Translations under genes and position numbers: made by a program | Shown here: in pieces, positions 38,698 through 50,901 of the stretch | Position numbering within the stretch: the first letter of the stretch is position 1 | Layout: every line of letters begins with the position of its first letter | From: Marsupella aquatica | Lineage: Eukaryota > Plantae > Marchantiophyta | Assembly: GCA_973895155.1 (NCBI GenBank) | Contig: OZ316892.1 | Span: 5,354,510-5,418,509 of the forward strand | DNA length: 64,000 nucleotides | Direction of reading: 5' to 3' | The notes under the pieces: model-generated | Told to the model about the DNA's origin: nothing | Database searches by the model: none | What the model saw: the letters and a program-made list of their open reading frames with translations, nothing else

Positions 38698-40714
38698 TTC
38701 ATTCAAGAGGCCCCCAAAGGGAAAAAACATATTGTGCCAACCCTGAAAAATTATCTCCAAGAAAAAGACCCATATATGCTAAATAAACAAGGCAGAGGAC
38801 AAACACTTAACTTAAAAGAAAAGGACAAATACAAGCCCCCCCAAACTTAGTGCCCAAAAACTTAGAAAGGCGAAAATTTAAATCGCCAATAAGAAACCCA
38901 ATGCTACCGTACCTCTGCGTGCTAGCGGAGGTGGGTGGCGGCCTGGCGGGGCCTCCACCCCCGTTGACGTCTCGTCGGTGCCATGGAACCCTCCTGTCCC
39001 ATGCCGGGAGGCAGAAAAACATACAACTCTCCCGTACCCAAATTTCTACTACTTGAACCAATACTGTACTACTACAGTTGGGTGACGAGAGAAATGACCG
39101 ACTTTCCCGGGAGAGCGCCAAAAGCCGACTTTCGCCACTTTGTCTGGGCCAATGGCGTTGCCTGCGTGCGCCGTCTTTAACGCTTTACACGAATTCGCGC
39201 GCCTCTCTTCCGATTGGCTTTCTCGAACTTCTTTCGCCACGTGTGCTTCTTTACCGCTTTTTTCATTTTCTTTATCCGCTGCGGCGTTGGAAGGCGAGTT
39301 ACTGTTATGACTGTACCCGACACCGGTCGGTGGTCGTTACAAACGGTGGTCGTGCACTGGTTATTCCCAGTCGGTCCAGTCACGTGGCATGCCTCTTGGC
39401 TGGATCTGCGCCGTCCGCGTGCGCTAATGGGGTGTCGACGGGTCAGATTGGATTGACTCGAGGAGGTTTATCAGGAGGACAAAACGATTAACGATCAGAT
39501 CTTTTTTGTCGGTGAATGGTTCGTCCAATATGACCAGGCCGCCTCATGTAGAGAAACCTCTCTAAGTGCACACTCTCTAGACCAAGCCTCCTGCGTGCAT
39601 GCTTCAGTAGGGATTGCACAACTTCATAAGTGCAATAAAATGAAATTTGCATTTATCAATAAGAGCTGCAATGGCCCTCTGCCACCTATGGATTCTAGTA
39701 ACTTAGGCCATGAATTATACATCCGTGCCCTAAACCCTTGTAAGTTTTAAGTTTACAATTGAATTTCACTTATCAATAAAGGTAAGTTAAAGGAAAATAT
39801 GCTTACCCATGTGCATCTGGGTATGTCAAAAGCTGACTTGGAGAGAAGAGAGGTCAAAGCATAGGGTAACCCATGGTCCCAAGGGGGTAATGGGATGCAA
39901 TCCCCGAGGTTCGTGAGCCCGACAGGGTTACACGTGGCCCCCAAACGGTCATGGAGTAACAAGCATAAGTGCCATGGGTAATTTTATTCTGTTTACAACC
40001 TGAAATTGTGCCTGAAATTGGATAACCATCTAGGCAGGCTGATGAGTTTGTGGCCCCAATATCTTGCCCCCCGGGGCAGGCTGGCAGGGGGTACTAGGAC
40101 ATATCAAAGCTTCAAAGTTGCAGACAATGTTTTTTAACCATAGCTTTTTCACAAGGATTACGTAAAAGTTTATTTTTACTAGGCTTTACAGACTAATGGT
40201 CATGGTATATGACCAATATGCACGGCAAAACATTGTATATTGTGAACTTGGTAGACAGTTCATAATGTTTTTCTATTGTAACCTTAAGTACTGAGCTAAG
40301 TTCCATTCAACTCAAAGCTTTGAGACTCCTTGCACTGTGCATAACACCAATAGTTAATCATGTCAAAATAGCGCCATAAATGACATACCGCCAAGGTCAT
40401 AAGACTGATTTATGATTGGAACCCAAGGAGTTACAAGTTACCTAAATACAAACCCCATAATAATCTTATGTCTAAGTAAATAATTCAACTCCATAACACT
40501 TTGCTTAGTGAAGAACTTTGACACTCCCCAATAGGAAACTTCCCAGGCTTTGGCAGACCAGGGGTGACAAGAAATCCCCATAGCAGGGACAAGAAGACAA
40601 TTGGGTCTTGGTAACTACACATCAGCATATAACATATTCAGTGCACAATATCACTCCATACCATGATAAACCTTGTTATTTTATTTGAATCAATGAGTGC
40701 ACACTTTATATTAA

Positions 40715-41120
40715 CGCATTTTGATGTGTGATTACCCGCAAGGGAAGATAATTGATACATTGGGTACTCTTTCCCAATATTATCACATTTTCATTTGTGA
40801 TTACCTACAAGGGAAGATAATCAGAACATTGGGTACTTACCATATTTTGATGTGTGATTACCAGCAAAGGAAGATAATCTGGGCATTGGGTACTCATTTC
40901 TAATATTACCACATTTTGATCTAATGTGTGATTACCTACAAGGGAAGACAATTGGGGCATCGGTTACTCATTCCCAGGCAAGGGAAGATAATCGGGGCAT
41001 AGGGTACTCATTCCCAGGCAAGGGAAAATAATCGGGGCATATGGTACTCATTTTCAATATTCTCACATTTTGATATGTTACCTGCAAGGCAAGACAATTG
41101 GGGTATCGGGTACCCATTCC
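40715..41120. repeat. Tandem repeats of 40-65 bp (caagggaagataatcggggcatagggtactcatt); an inverted partial copy lies at about 37363-37395
   Basis: About 7 units seen directly, adjoining a CpG-rich block at 41200-41620; possibly subterminal repeats of a DNA transposon. Confidence 0.8.
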
Positions 41121-42104
41121 CAAACTTCCACATAGCAGAGAGGACAAGACAATAGAGGACACGACAATAGAGGACAAGACAATCGCCATCGGAGGGAGGC
41201 GCGGAAGACAATCGGTGAATCGGGGCATCGGGCACTCTGGTACGCTACAGTAGTAGAGAGCGACAAAATAAAAAGTGCCGAACTGTGCGAGACCGAAAAG
41301 TTAAATGAAAAGACCCAGGATCGTGTCATTGTCCAGAAAATCTTGCAGTACGGGCGTGTCGCTGTGGCCCCCGCCCATTCGGTAGAAGAGCTGGCTCAGA
41401 GCTGGACATTGATTTTGTGACCAGAGGGCGGGAGGGGGGCGGCGCCGTACTCCTGTACGTCCCGTCCTTTTCCACCCAAAGCCCGCGAGATTTCCGCAGT
41501 TTGCACCTGAACGGAATGCTATTCGCCGGGATGAGATGGCGGACGAGATGCCGTTCCTCAAACGTTTTACCGGTACCGTGTCTTCTTCTCGGCGTGCCGG
41601 CATCTTTCGTGCGACCAGTATTGTTTTTCATTCTAGGAAATTCGATTTTACTACTATATTATGGGGTCTAAAAAATATGGGAGCGTTTTAGAGTATTCAT
41701 TCTAGTAAATTCGATTTTACTATTATATTAGGGGGGTCTCAAATATGAGAGCGTCCTACCCTAGATGTTCCCTAGAGGTTACCATTGCCCATGACCAGGG
41801 TTGCGGGTGAGTTTAATAGCAGTAAGGAATTTTTGGATCTCAATTTTATTAGGCCTGTTGAGATGGTGTCCGGTTGGCACAAGAATGCCCTCAGCATATA
41901 GAGAAGAGTGAGTTAATGATCTCCTAGCTCACGAGTTCAAACTTGGCCTGTGGTATCCAATAGGCCGAGTCTCTTCCCGGGAATTGAGAAAATCTTCACG
42001 AGGAGTAAGTGGGATGGCCTGAGGGTGTCCCACACATTTATGGTTCATGTCCACCCAAACCTAACTTGGGCACCCACTAAACTCCCCCGGGCCAATATTT
42101 GAGA

Positions 42105-42620
42105 CCTATTAAAGGCATTGAAAAGAACCTCTCATGAGCGTACTTATCGTTTGCCAGGAGCAAGTTGTAACTGGGTTACATGACCTTATTGCTTTTTCTT
42201 CCTTGGAATGCTGTTTCACTACTATTAAGGGCATGGAAAAGAACCTTTCACGAGTCTACTTGTTGTTTGTCAAAGACTGAATGATAAGTGAGTTGCATGC
42301 ACTTCTTGTTTTTGTTTGGAAATGCAGTTTTATTACTATTCAAGGGCATGACAATGATCCGTTCAAGAGCGAGTTATAAGAGGGTTACATGCACTTCTTG
42401 TTAGTTTTTTTTCCAAGTATTAAAAGTAAACTTCCACCAAAATTTATAAAAAGCATGAAAAAAAACTGTTCCATAAGTGTACTAGTTGTTTCTCAAGAGC
42501 GAGTTGTAATTGGGTTACATGCCCTTCTTGTTTTCTTGGAAATGTGGTTTACTACTTATAAAGTAGGATAAAGAACGGTTCAAGAGTCTACTTGTGGTAT
42601 GTCAGGAGCAAGTTATTAAT
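42105..42620. repeat. Degenerate tandem repeat, about 80-125 bp unit
   Basis: Recurring tattaagggcatg.aaaagaac...gagcaagttgtaa.tgggttacatgc.cttcttgtt. Confidence 0.75.
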
Positions 42621-42896
42621 GGCTTCAGGATACAGTGGATTAATGTTTTTTAAACAAATCCATGTCCCAATGTTTTTGTATTTTTAAAACAAAGGTGACA
42701 GTGTGCCCAATGTATTCCAAATGGTAGCCTTGGTGAAGACCAGTGAGGCCGAGAAACACAGACACACGTCAACCAACACCACAATGCCAAACACCCCACA
42801 GAGGCCCAATATCACTCAAAAACAGCCTATGACCAAGAGTGCATCAAGGTCAACCACAAAACACAAACATGAGATGAAACCAAAATCCAATCCAAA

Positions 42897-45800
42897 AGAA
42901 TATACACATACTTTATATAGAAAAAGGCCAAATAGAGTACAAAAGAATAAACAAGAGAGGTCCCAAGTGGACAAAACCAAACGCAAAAGAAGTGAGCAAA
43001 AGGAAACCCTAAAAACCAAGAAAGAGGAACTAAAAGAAGTGAGCAAAAGGAAACCCCTAAAAACCAAGAAAGAGTAACTAAAACTACCGCAATGGACCGA
43101 GGTCCTCATCATACCTAGCAAATGTGGCTACAAGCTAGTGGTCTACATCAAGCGTCGAAACTAGATCGGCAAGTGGGACAGGAATGTCCTCTAGGGGGGC
43201 TAGCCGCTGCGGAGTCACACTAGCACCCACTGTCAGAGATCGACGATAGACGGCCCGAGCTTGAGCACGCTGTAAGGTGACTGAAATGCGTTGGCGAAAG
43301 TGCGTGGTCAAAACAGATAGCGGGGGCCCGGTGGGACCCATCCGGCCGTGAACATCCCGAGCAGCTTGGCGAAGAAGCCCGTCGAACTGATGATGAAGAC
43401 GCCCAAATATCTCAAGAGCAAGGGGCAGGAAGCTATCAGATGAAGCTCGTGCAGCATATTTGGCCTCCTTCGTTTGTGCTGCTCGTGATGCTGCTGTCCC
43501 TGCCGTTGTTGCCGCTGTCCCAATGATGTCTTGGCGCAATGGGTTTGCCACCACTACATCTGCCAAAGTACGGTGACCGTCACGGACCATGGTAAGATCC
43601 ACCCGTAACCGCTGTGATGGAGGACCAGGTAACTCGAGCACCACCTCCCGCCGCGCGCAGACCAAAGAGCCAGAGAGAACCTGAGCAGTCGCATCTCTCA
43701 CAGCGTCGTGAACAAAAATGGTTTCGCCACCCAAACTGCATCGAAGAAGATGGACACCTGTGGCATCACAAGGCTTCCCACAAGTGCAAGTAGGAGGTAA
43801 ACCAGCAAGAAGTGGGTGGGGCAAGCCCATACGAAGACGCATGGCTGTCGCAAACTCCGCTGAAGACATCCGCAGGTGAGGAATGACTGGATTGGCCTGA
43901 AGCCAGCCTCCTGCGCCCTTCCCTCCGGAAGAAAGAATCCGAGCTCGGTCCGTGTCAGGTGCCTCGGTGAGGATGCTGGAGAGGGTGAAAGCGTGCATAC
44001 GCCCAGCAAGGTCTGCCTGAAGACGGACGGGATCCAAGGATAAAAACTCCTGGAATGAAGGTAACGCAGCTCGAACAGGATCGGGTAAGGATGACCGAGC
44101 CGTGCGCAAATGAACCTGAAATGGGAGGGAACCCTCCTCGACCTCCATGAGAGATGAAAGTAAAAAAGGTCGATCCTCAGTAAGGAAACGATCTGCCAAC
44201 AATGAGAAGGCGGCCGCCCACGCGCCCAAGAAGGCCAAAGGTGCAAGGCGCTCAGTGGAAGTAAGCCCAAAACCACCGTGAGAAATAGGAAGACTGAGCT
44301 GTCGATGAAGCCACGGAGATGAGAGTAAAGTACCTGGCCCTAAAAGAGAGGCCAAAGTCTCACGAATGGAGACATCAAACGCTCGGAGGTGTAGAGAAAG
44401 ATCCTCGGTAGGGGGATGTGTCCGAGCCAAATAGGACGCACGAGGGTGGATGCATCTCAATAACAACCCAAATGCTGCCTGAGAGTCTGCTAACTTAGGG
44501 AGCATAGGAGTAGGGCCTAAGGCAGCCTGGAGAGCGTCAGCAATGAAAGATGAGCAAAAGGAGGCGGTACCGACTGGGGAGCCAAGGACCCGAAGACCGT
44601 CGGCAGGACGTAAGAACCCAGGGGGAAGCGCAAGATCAGAGGGTAACCCAGCTGGACTCCATGCACGACTCTTCACCGGCTGTACTCGTAAACCGAGGCC
44701 CAACAAATGGGTGGAAAGGGTGGCGAGGGCAGAAGTAACAGCAAAAGGTGGACCAATGATGTGGGTGTCATCTGAAAGGGAGGGGAAGATACACTGGGGG
44801 TGGGCCGTGGAGGCTTCTCGTAAAGCAGTAAAATGGGCAATGGCAAAAAGAGGCCCACCCAAAGGGTCACCCTGACGTGTACCTTCTGCAGAAGAAAGAG
44901 TGGTATACACTCCTGTAGAGGTGTGATGACTATAGAAGAGGGGGGCCTCACACCCATAAAAACAACGGACAAAGGGGATAAGGGACTGGATGTCTGGATC
45001 CGCTGCCCTCAAAGCACGAAAAATTGCTGCCCGAGAAACCGTATTGAAAGCATTGGAGACATCAACCTGGAGGACAACCCAATCAGGGTGGAGGTCCAAG
45101 GTAGTACGAATACCCGCAATAACTGTCTCACAACCGCCAGGAACGCCCACTGCAAACTGATGTGGAGAGAGATGATCCGATAGTGCAGAGCGATACTGCG
45201 ATGAAAGTGCGCGAGACACCAGACGAAGAAAGACCTCTCCAATAGCTATGGGCCGAACACCCGGTGAAGACTTAGCCATGGCCAATAAACGAGAAGCACT
45301 CAAAAGCCGAGAGACGGGAGGAGGCAAACGGCCGGCAGCAATACACTGGCAAAAGGAGAAGAAAACTGGAAAACCAGACTGAGGATCCTCAGGGGGGAAT
45401 AAATCACGAAAATGCTCAAAGACATAGCCAGAGGGGCCACCAGCTGCGCAACGCGGAGCATGGAGGAAAGCATAGGTGAAGTGGTCCCTACTAAACTGAA
45501 GATCCTCCTCAGGCTCAAAATCCTCCACGAACAAAGGGAGCTGATCATAGGGCTGCGGATGGAGATCCTGAAGGGCCGTCAAGGTGACCTCGCCAGGGGG
45601 GGCTGGTGTGGTGGGAGAAAGGGCCTGGACCGCACGACGATATTCACCAGCCTGGGCCAAACGACAAGAGCGACGAAGGCGTCTGTGCTCTGGAGGATGA
45701 GAGTGGCGAGCTGGGTCAGACAAAGCACGGGTAGTAAAGGAACGGGCTCGAAGAAAGTACTCTTCCTGAAGCTGTTCCCAATCTCCCCGCAGAAAATGAT

Positions 45801-46305
45801 GGATACGAGAGGCAGTCTCACGATGACCCACGCGACCACCGTGACTAGGGAGGGTAAGAGTCCACTGTGGAAAAAGCATGAGTAAAGACCAATAGGATAC
45901 CTCGATAGGATGCGCCAAGATAAGCTGCATGAGTTGCAACAAGGAAGAACGAACTAATGGGCGCAACGCTAGTGGGATGTGGTTATAAAGGCGAGGTCTA
46001 ATGTACCCTGGATGGTAGGCTGGAAGGGGGTCTAGAGAGCGAACCCAACTCCATGCCTGCTCGGAAGCCTCCAAGGAAGGAGGGGCAGAGCTAACTGGGT
46101 CAAGAGGGGGCTGGGGCTGGGATTGGGCTTGCTGGCGACGTTGGCACCGGCCCCGCCCGCGGTGATGAGGAAGGGAGAGGCCGATAAAAGCAAAAGCGCA
46201 TCAAGAAGCGACAAAAGGCCCAACCAAGACTTGTGAAAAGAAAGGGAAGGCTATGGAGAGAGCCCACCGCGTCAAAATCCGAGAAGCGGCGCCCCCGCTA
46301 GCCTA
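42897..46305 (-). mobile_element. CRE-clade-like non-LTR retrotransposon, 5'-truncated
   Basis: Single RT-RLE ORF plus a 3' UTR of about 240 bp. The 3' end is fixed by two short copies elsewhere in the window; the 5' boundary is approximate (loss of GC richness near 46305). Confidence 0.85.
43135..46200 (-). CDS. Reverse transcriptase plus C-terminal CCHC zinc knuckle and restriction-like endonuclease
   Basis: AGGPSG, RPIAIGE, QFAVG, VDVSNAFN, GTRQGDPLG, LSDDTHIIG, LPISHGGFG, CTCG...HLLRC, HDAVRD, RVDL...DVVV, KEAKY, FLPLALEIFG. The frame is open from 46200 (in-frame TGA at 46203-46201) with no initiating ATG near the 5' end. Confidence 0.93.
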   Translation of the reverse strand, partial: CAFAFIGLSLPHHRGRGRCQRRQQAQSQPQPPLDPVSSAPPSLEASEQAWSWVRSLDPLPAYHPGYIRPRLYNHIPLALRPLVRSSLLQLMQLILAHPIEVSYWSLLMLFPQWTLTLPSHGGRVGHRETASRIHHFLRGDWEQLQEEYFLRARSFTTRALSDPARHSHPPEHRRLRRSCRLAQAGEYRRAVQALSPTTPAPPGEVTLTALQDLHPQPYDQLPLFVEDFEPEEDLQFSRDHFTYAFLHAPRCAAGGPSGYVFEHFRDLFPPEDPQSGFPVFFSFCQCIAAGRLPPPVSRLLSASRLLAMAKSSPGVRPIAIGEVFLRLVSRALSSQYRSALSDHLSPHQFAVGVPGGCETVIAGIRTTLDLHPDWVVLQVDVSNAFNTVSRAAIFRALRAADPDIQSLIPFVRCFYGCEAPLFYSHHTSTGVYTTLSSAEGTRQGDPLGGPLFAIAHFTALREASTAHPQCIFPSLSDDTHIIGPPFAVTSALATLSTHLLGLGLRVQPVKSRAWSPAGLPSDLALPPGFLRPADGLRVLGSPVGTASFCSSFIADALQAALGPTPMLPKLADSQAAFGLLLRCIHPRASYLARTHPPTEDLSLHLRAFDVSIRETLASLLGPGTLLSSPWLHRQLSLPISHGGFGLTSTERLAPLAFLGAWAAAFSLLADRFLTEDRPFLLSSLMEVEEGSLPFQVHLRTARSSLPDPVRAALPSFQEFLSLDPVRLQADLAGRMHAFTLSSILTEAPDTDRARILSSGGKGAGGWLQANPVIPHLRMSSAEFATAMRLRMGLPHPLLAGLPPTCTCGKPCDATGVHLLRCSLGGETIFVHDAVRDATAQVLSGSLVCARREVVLELPGPPSQRLRVDLTMVRDGHRTLADVVVANPLRQDIIGTAATTAGTAASRAAQTKEAKYAARASSDSFLPLALEIFGRLHHQFDGLLRQAARDVHGRMGPTGPPLSVLTTHFRQRISVTLQRAQARAVYRRSLTVGASVTPQRLAPLEDIPVPLADLVSTLDVDH

Positions 46306-48104
46306 GAACATTATAGAGTCCCATCCTCCCTGGCCTGGGGAGTTCTAGTTGCAAATGAGACAAGGATCCAGTACATTAACATCAGTTCTTTGACAATGCA
46401 CTAATCTCTAGCCCTAGCAGTATGCATGCAGCACTCCTGAATCTTGCCAAATTGCCCATTGATAGACAGGCAGAACAGCACAACCACCCTATGGATTCAA
46501 TGCCCTCAATGATCCCCAACCCCATTTATTTGATGGAGGAAATAATGTAGGTTTATGCTCATTAACCTATCCCTTGACACAGGAAATGTCTGGGTAAATT
46601 TGACCAATAATTCGCAAGCAAAGCTTCACTCTGGAGCCTACGGTCTAGAGTGAAACTTCTTGACCCTGACTCTGGGCGGGACTCTGGGCTGCCAGCAAGT
46701 TTTGGGGTGGGGCAACAGGGGAGGAATGCAACCACGGGTCTGAGCAAAGCTTGGGCATTCAACTAGACAGTGAATTTTGACCCTGAAGGTTGGGCTTAAC
46801 CTCACAGGCTGCAATTATGCCCTTAGGGTTACCCTCCTCATTTTTGGTGATATTTTTCAAAATCTGCATTGGTCTCTTAACCTTTTCTCTTTTATATTCG
46901 GTTCACTTTTGGTTTACATAATTATTATCCGAAGACTTAAAGTCAACTTACTGTATCGAAATAATAATTGGCAGCTACCAGAAGCAAGCCTTTTATGTTT
47001 CAAAAGATTCCAAGAAAATATCAATTCAAGGGACAAATTAATAATTTATAGCCTACTTTCCACTGCAAAATCACACTTGATGAGGACCTATACCTGCTGT
47101 AGAGTAAAGGTAAATTCCAGGCATCCAAGTCTAGGAGGATACGTGCCCACAGTGTTCCCCCAAAGAGCTTCTAGAAGGACAGACTACTAAAGAGATATTT
47201 TCTCACAAACAGGAAAATCCCCATGAGAGGAGCAAACAAGGTAAGCTGCGAATCTCATCTGGAAAATGCAAACCGTGTACAGTTCTTTTCGCCTTCTTCC
47301 CCCCCCCCCCGAAAAAAAAAACAAAACAAATTGCACTTTGTGTAGATGAAGGACAGGAGCAGACCATAATCATGCCCTTATTTGAGTTATTTATTCCTTG
47401 TTCCCTTGGAAGAAGCGCCCATACGTAGAGCACCTAAGTATGCTCACTGTAGTTGTAGAAGCGAGGGATAGGTTGTGGGTAGATTGGGTCCATGGAGTCA
47501 TGGACGTTCAAGTTCCTCGAGATCCACAGCTTCGCACTGCCCAACTCTCCTCTCACAAGAATGAGACTGAATGTTCATGCCCCTCGAGAATGGTGAGATC
47601 TCGTGATTCAGCAGTCTCCAATGCTCTGACATTTGAGCACGTAGGGGCCAGAATAGTCAAATTCATTCGTTCTGTTTGGGTCCCATCAGCAGCTGCCGCT
47701 GCTGCTGGGCATCATCATCATAATTATAATCATATAGACCGTCGCTTCGAATTCAGTCATGTTCTCCAAGCTACCCGTGAACCAATCAATCAACTCCCTG
47801 CTGCAGCATCAATTTTGTTATTGCACTGATCTCCATGAGGAACAAAGTCACGGGGGCGGTGCATGCTACTCTAGGATTTGTAGCAGTCTAGGCTCTAGAG
47901 CCTCAATAGCACTGTTGGTATTTTAGAGAGGGGGCTGGGTCCCTGCATTTCGTTGGCTGACAGGTGGTCTGGCTGTCGCAGCCTCTTTGTCGCTGCTGCT
48001 CAATATATTAGTTTCTCCCTGCAGAAATTTGCAGATCTGCTCTACGTACCCGTAGAGCCTTTGGTGTGATTGGCTCTGATGCTGGCTTGGCTGAGGATAA
48101 CTTG

Positions 48105-49281
48105 TCATGGTTGGCGTGCGATTCCCTTGAGTTCCAGCTCGGGTTCCAGCTCTTCAAGGGAAGGGCCTGTGCTACGCCTTAGTTATAACTGAAACACGAT
48201 TTGTGGTTTAATTTGATTAGTGAAAAGCTTTGAGCTAGCGTCGAGACATTACAGAAAAGAGCAGATTCTTGCTCTCCACTGTACAGTAAACAAGTTATCA
48301 ACAAAGACCTCGCGTATTCAAGCAATATGCCTTCTCCAAGTTAGTATCTATGTAAGGATCTTAACTGTGCTTGTTATGACTATGTTTGAGCCACTGCAGA
48401 CACAATAGAAAGGAGAGCAGATGGTTCATTCATGACAGCGGTAAAGAATTCAATGAGCCCATCGGATTATTCTCTGACTTACCTTTTGGGAGTTCTGCTT
48501 AATCGTTAGATGGGATTAGTGGCCATCCAAAAGTCACAGTACAAACTACACAGGACAGCAGACTCGCACAAGTTGTTCACTGAGTACTGGTTATAACTCA
48601 GAAGAAACTACCGTAGCAACAAAAGCCTTCTTACGTTATATCTTGGAGTTTCTTCTCAATCTTATAACTGCAGACCTTACCTTTGATTTGAGTCCGCACT
48701 TGAGGACAATGGTCCTGTTCATGCCCCTACCAGATCTACGATTCACTTTTACATGTTAAAATGCTCAGACTGAATATTTACTCACACAAACTTTACTGAT
48801 CAGCAGTTAAGTCTGTAGCAAGAAACTGTAAGAATGACGAGAATAAATACTTAGACACCTACATAATTGCGGACGGTCAATCTAGACGGCATAGGAATGT
48901 TTCCTGCTAATTTTCTTCGCTACTGTTAGGAACTGAACTGAGGATCCATCTAAATTTCCTTGTTTCATTGTTTGGGCACGGAAAATGTCATCGATAGAAA
49001 GTTATTTTCCTTACTAGGGTTCGAGGAGAATCTGGAAGTACTTTGTTGAGCTTACTTTTCCCAAGTTGTAGAGAGCCGAAATTCTTCTCAAGAATCTCCA
49101 CTGCTCGATACTGCTCTCTACCCTTGTGTAGTTTTTGTAATGGTGCGCGATTCCTCAACGAATAATCTGACGTGCTGGCCCAGTGAGCCGGAGGAAGCGC
49201 CGCAAGAGCGGGAGCCCTCTGTCGGAATCCATGCATACCGAATGGTGCAGGTTTCCTTGTCTGCTGGATAAGTGAATACAT
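48105..49281 (-). CDS. Putative orphan protein (about 124 aa); exons 49281-49015, 48714-48681, 48494-48483 (12-nt microexon), 48166-48105
   Basis: Strong donors (gtaagg, gtaagg, gtaagt) and CAG acceptors join in frame: MYSLIQQTRK...PRTL|DHCPQVRTQIK|ELPK|GPSLEELEPELELKGIARQP*. No recognisable domain. Confidence 0.35.
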
Positions 49282-50901
49282 GGGATCTTTCCACTCCTGT
49301 AAAGCTTCCCTCCTACAGAAAATGCACGGCAGATTCGGGTACCTCATTGCATGTATAGGGTGGTGGCGCTTTGGCGAGCACTTTCGGCAGTTTCGTTGCA
49401 TGGAAATCGAAGTTTGAGAACTTGTACCGGAGTCTCCCTCTGGTCACTGCCGCCGCTGACTGTAATCACCTCGTCGCTGCCCTACCGTGTACGGGACAAA
49501 CTCTGCCACCACATATCCGAATATTGTGGATTTGTTAATTGTGTGGGTAGTTTTGCTACAAATCTTCATACTTCGAACATTTTCTCACCAGCCTCCCAGC
49601 AGGATCCAGGTGCCAGACAGAAGTGACGATCACTCCGTCTGGGAAGTTGTAAACGCTTTCGAATTTTCAACTTCATATCTGATGGGCGATTGAATGAAAA
49701 TTCGAAGCTACTGTAGTACTTGGGTATGGTTCACGATACGGGCTTAAATGCCAAGTATTATTCTCCTAGGGTGGGCACCATTATCACGAGGCGGGTCATG
49801 AGGTAACAACAGGGACGTGGCTATATACATAGGTGGCCTTTCCAGGCGATTCCCGGAGTGGATAATGGTGGCCATTCAGCAATATTCGTCCAGCCCACTC
49901 CTCCGCATCTCTCCCCTCTAAAAAAATTCAACTAGTCATTACATGATTGGAGCCAGAATAGTTCGGAAGAGATGGCTGTAAAATCTGGTCTGCTAGATCA
50001 ATGGCGAACGCTCAATTTGGGTAAGTTTTAATTTATTACACGAAAGTTTACGACGGAGTTCAGTACTGACACTGTATTACCAAATCCTGAAAGCTCAAAA
50101 TTATGCTCCATATAGTGACTCAAAATTCTAAACACTACGTTGCATTGTGCATTTGGTGAGTCGTTACGTATTGATGTAAATGTTCTGTCCTGCATTTTGG
50201 TGTTCCTCAGAAGTTCCACAACTCAAGAATTAAGGTCAGATGCTACACAATTGCATTTAATTGACATTTATAAGTGGTTATGTATTATATATATCATCAG
50301 ATTTCGCTCTCAATGTGTTAGTGTGTAACGGTTCCCAAGCTCTGTTCCTGCTCACCGGAGTAGGAATTAATTGTGAGTGACAAATTACACCTGTCCAATG
50401 TATTCTGGATCTAGGGCAAATATATAGGTAGTTTTAGTGGCGAGCAGCATGTCACAATTCATACTGGGAACAGAATTATACAGACGTTGTTAGCTACTAG
50501 TACGAGCCCGAGATTGCTGTTAGGAAACAACTCAGTAGACAGTGTTGCTGTTCAGCATTTTCCTTTAGCAGAACATCACTATGCATCTCGTTTTCTGGCA
50601 AAACATCCGTGTGCATTTCCTTCTCTCGGATAGCATCCTTATGCATTTCATTTCCGCAAATCCATTACTTCACATAGTACATCGAGCAATTCATTCCAGC
50701 TTTTTAGAATAGGACGGTTCTGAATCATTTATTACATACATATCACACTGCCAAAGCCAAATTAGGAGACAGGACCCAGAAGCCAGAGGCCAGAGGCCAG
50801 AGACCCAATAAAGGTGAGAACACAAAGGAAAAACCTCGGGAAGAGCAAAGAACCAAAAGCCTGGGAGTCGCCTACAACAGCACAGGAACTAACAACATAC
50901 C

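Noticed and set aside
42703-43121. Lys-rich or Phe-rich ORFs (also 8455-8673 and 38245-38786)
   Set aside because: Translations of the low-complexity CRE 3' UTR, not genes.
43308-45885. Several overlapping ORFs on both strands
   Set aside because: Alternative-frame and antisense shadows of the GC-rich retrotransposon ORF.
46260-46350. HDV-like ribozyme at the retrotransposon 5' end
   Set aside because: I could not fit the nested double pseudoknot, and the copy appears 5'-truncated.
47923-48108. Second MED15-like fragment (RLYGYVEQICKFLQ)
   Set aside because: The similarity is too short and no compatible upstream exons were found.
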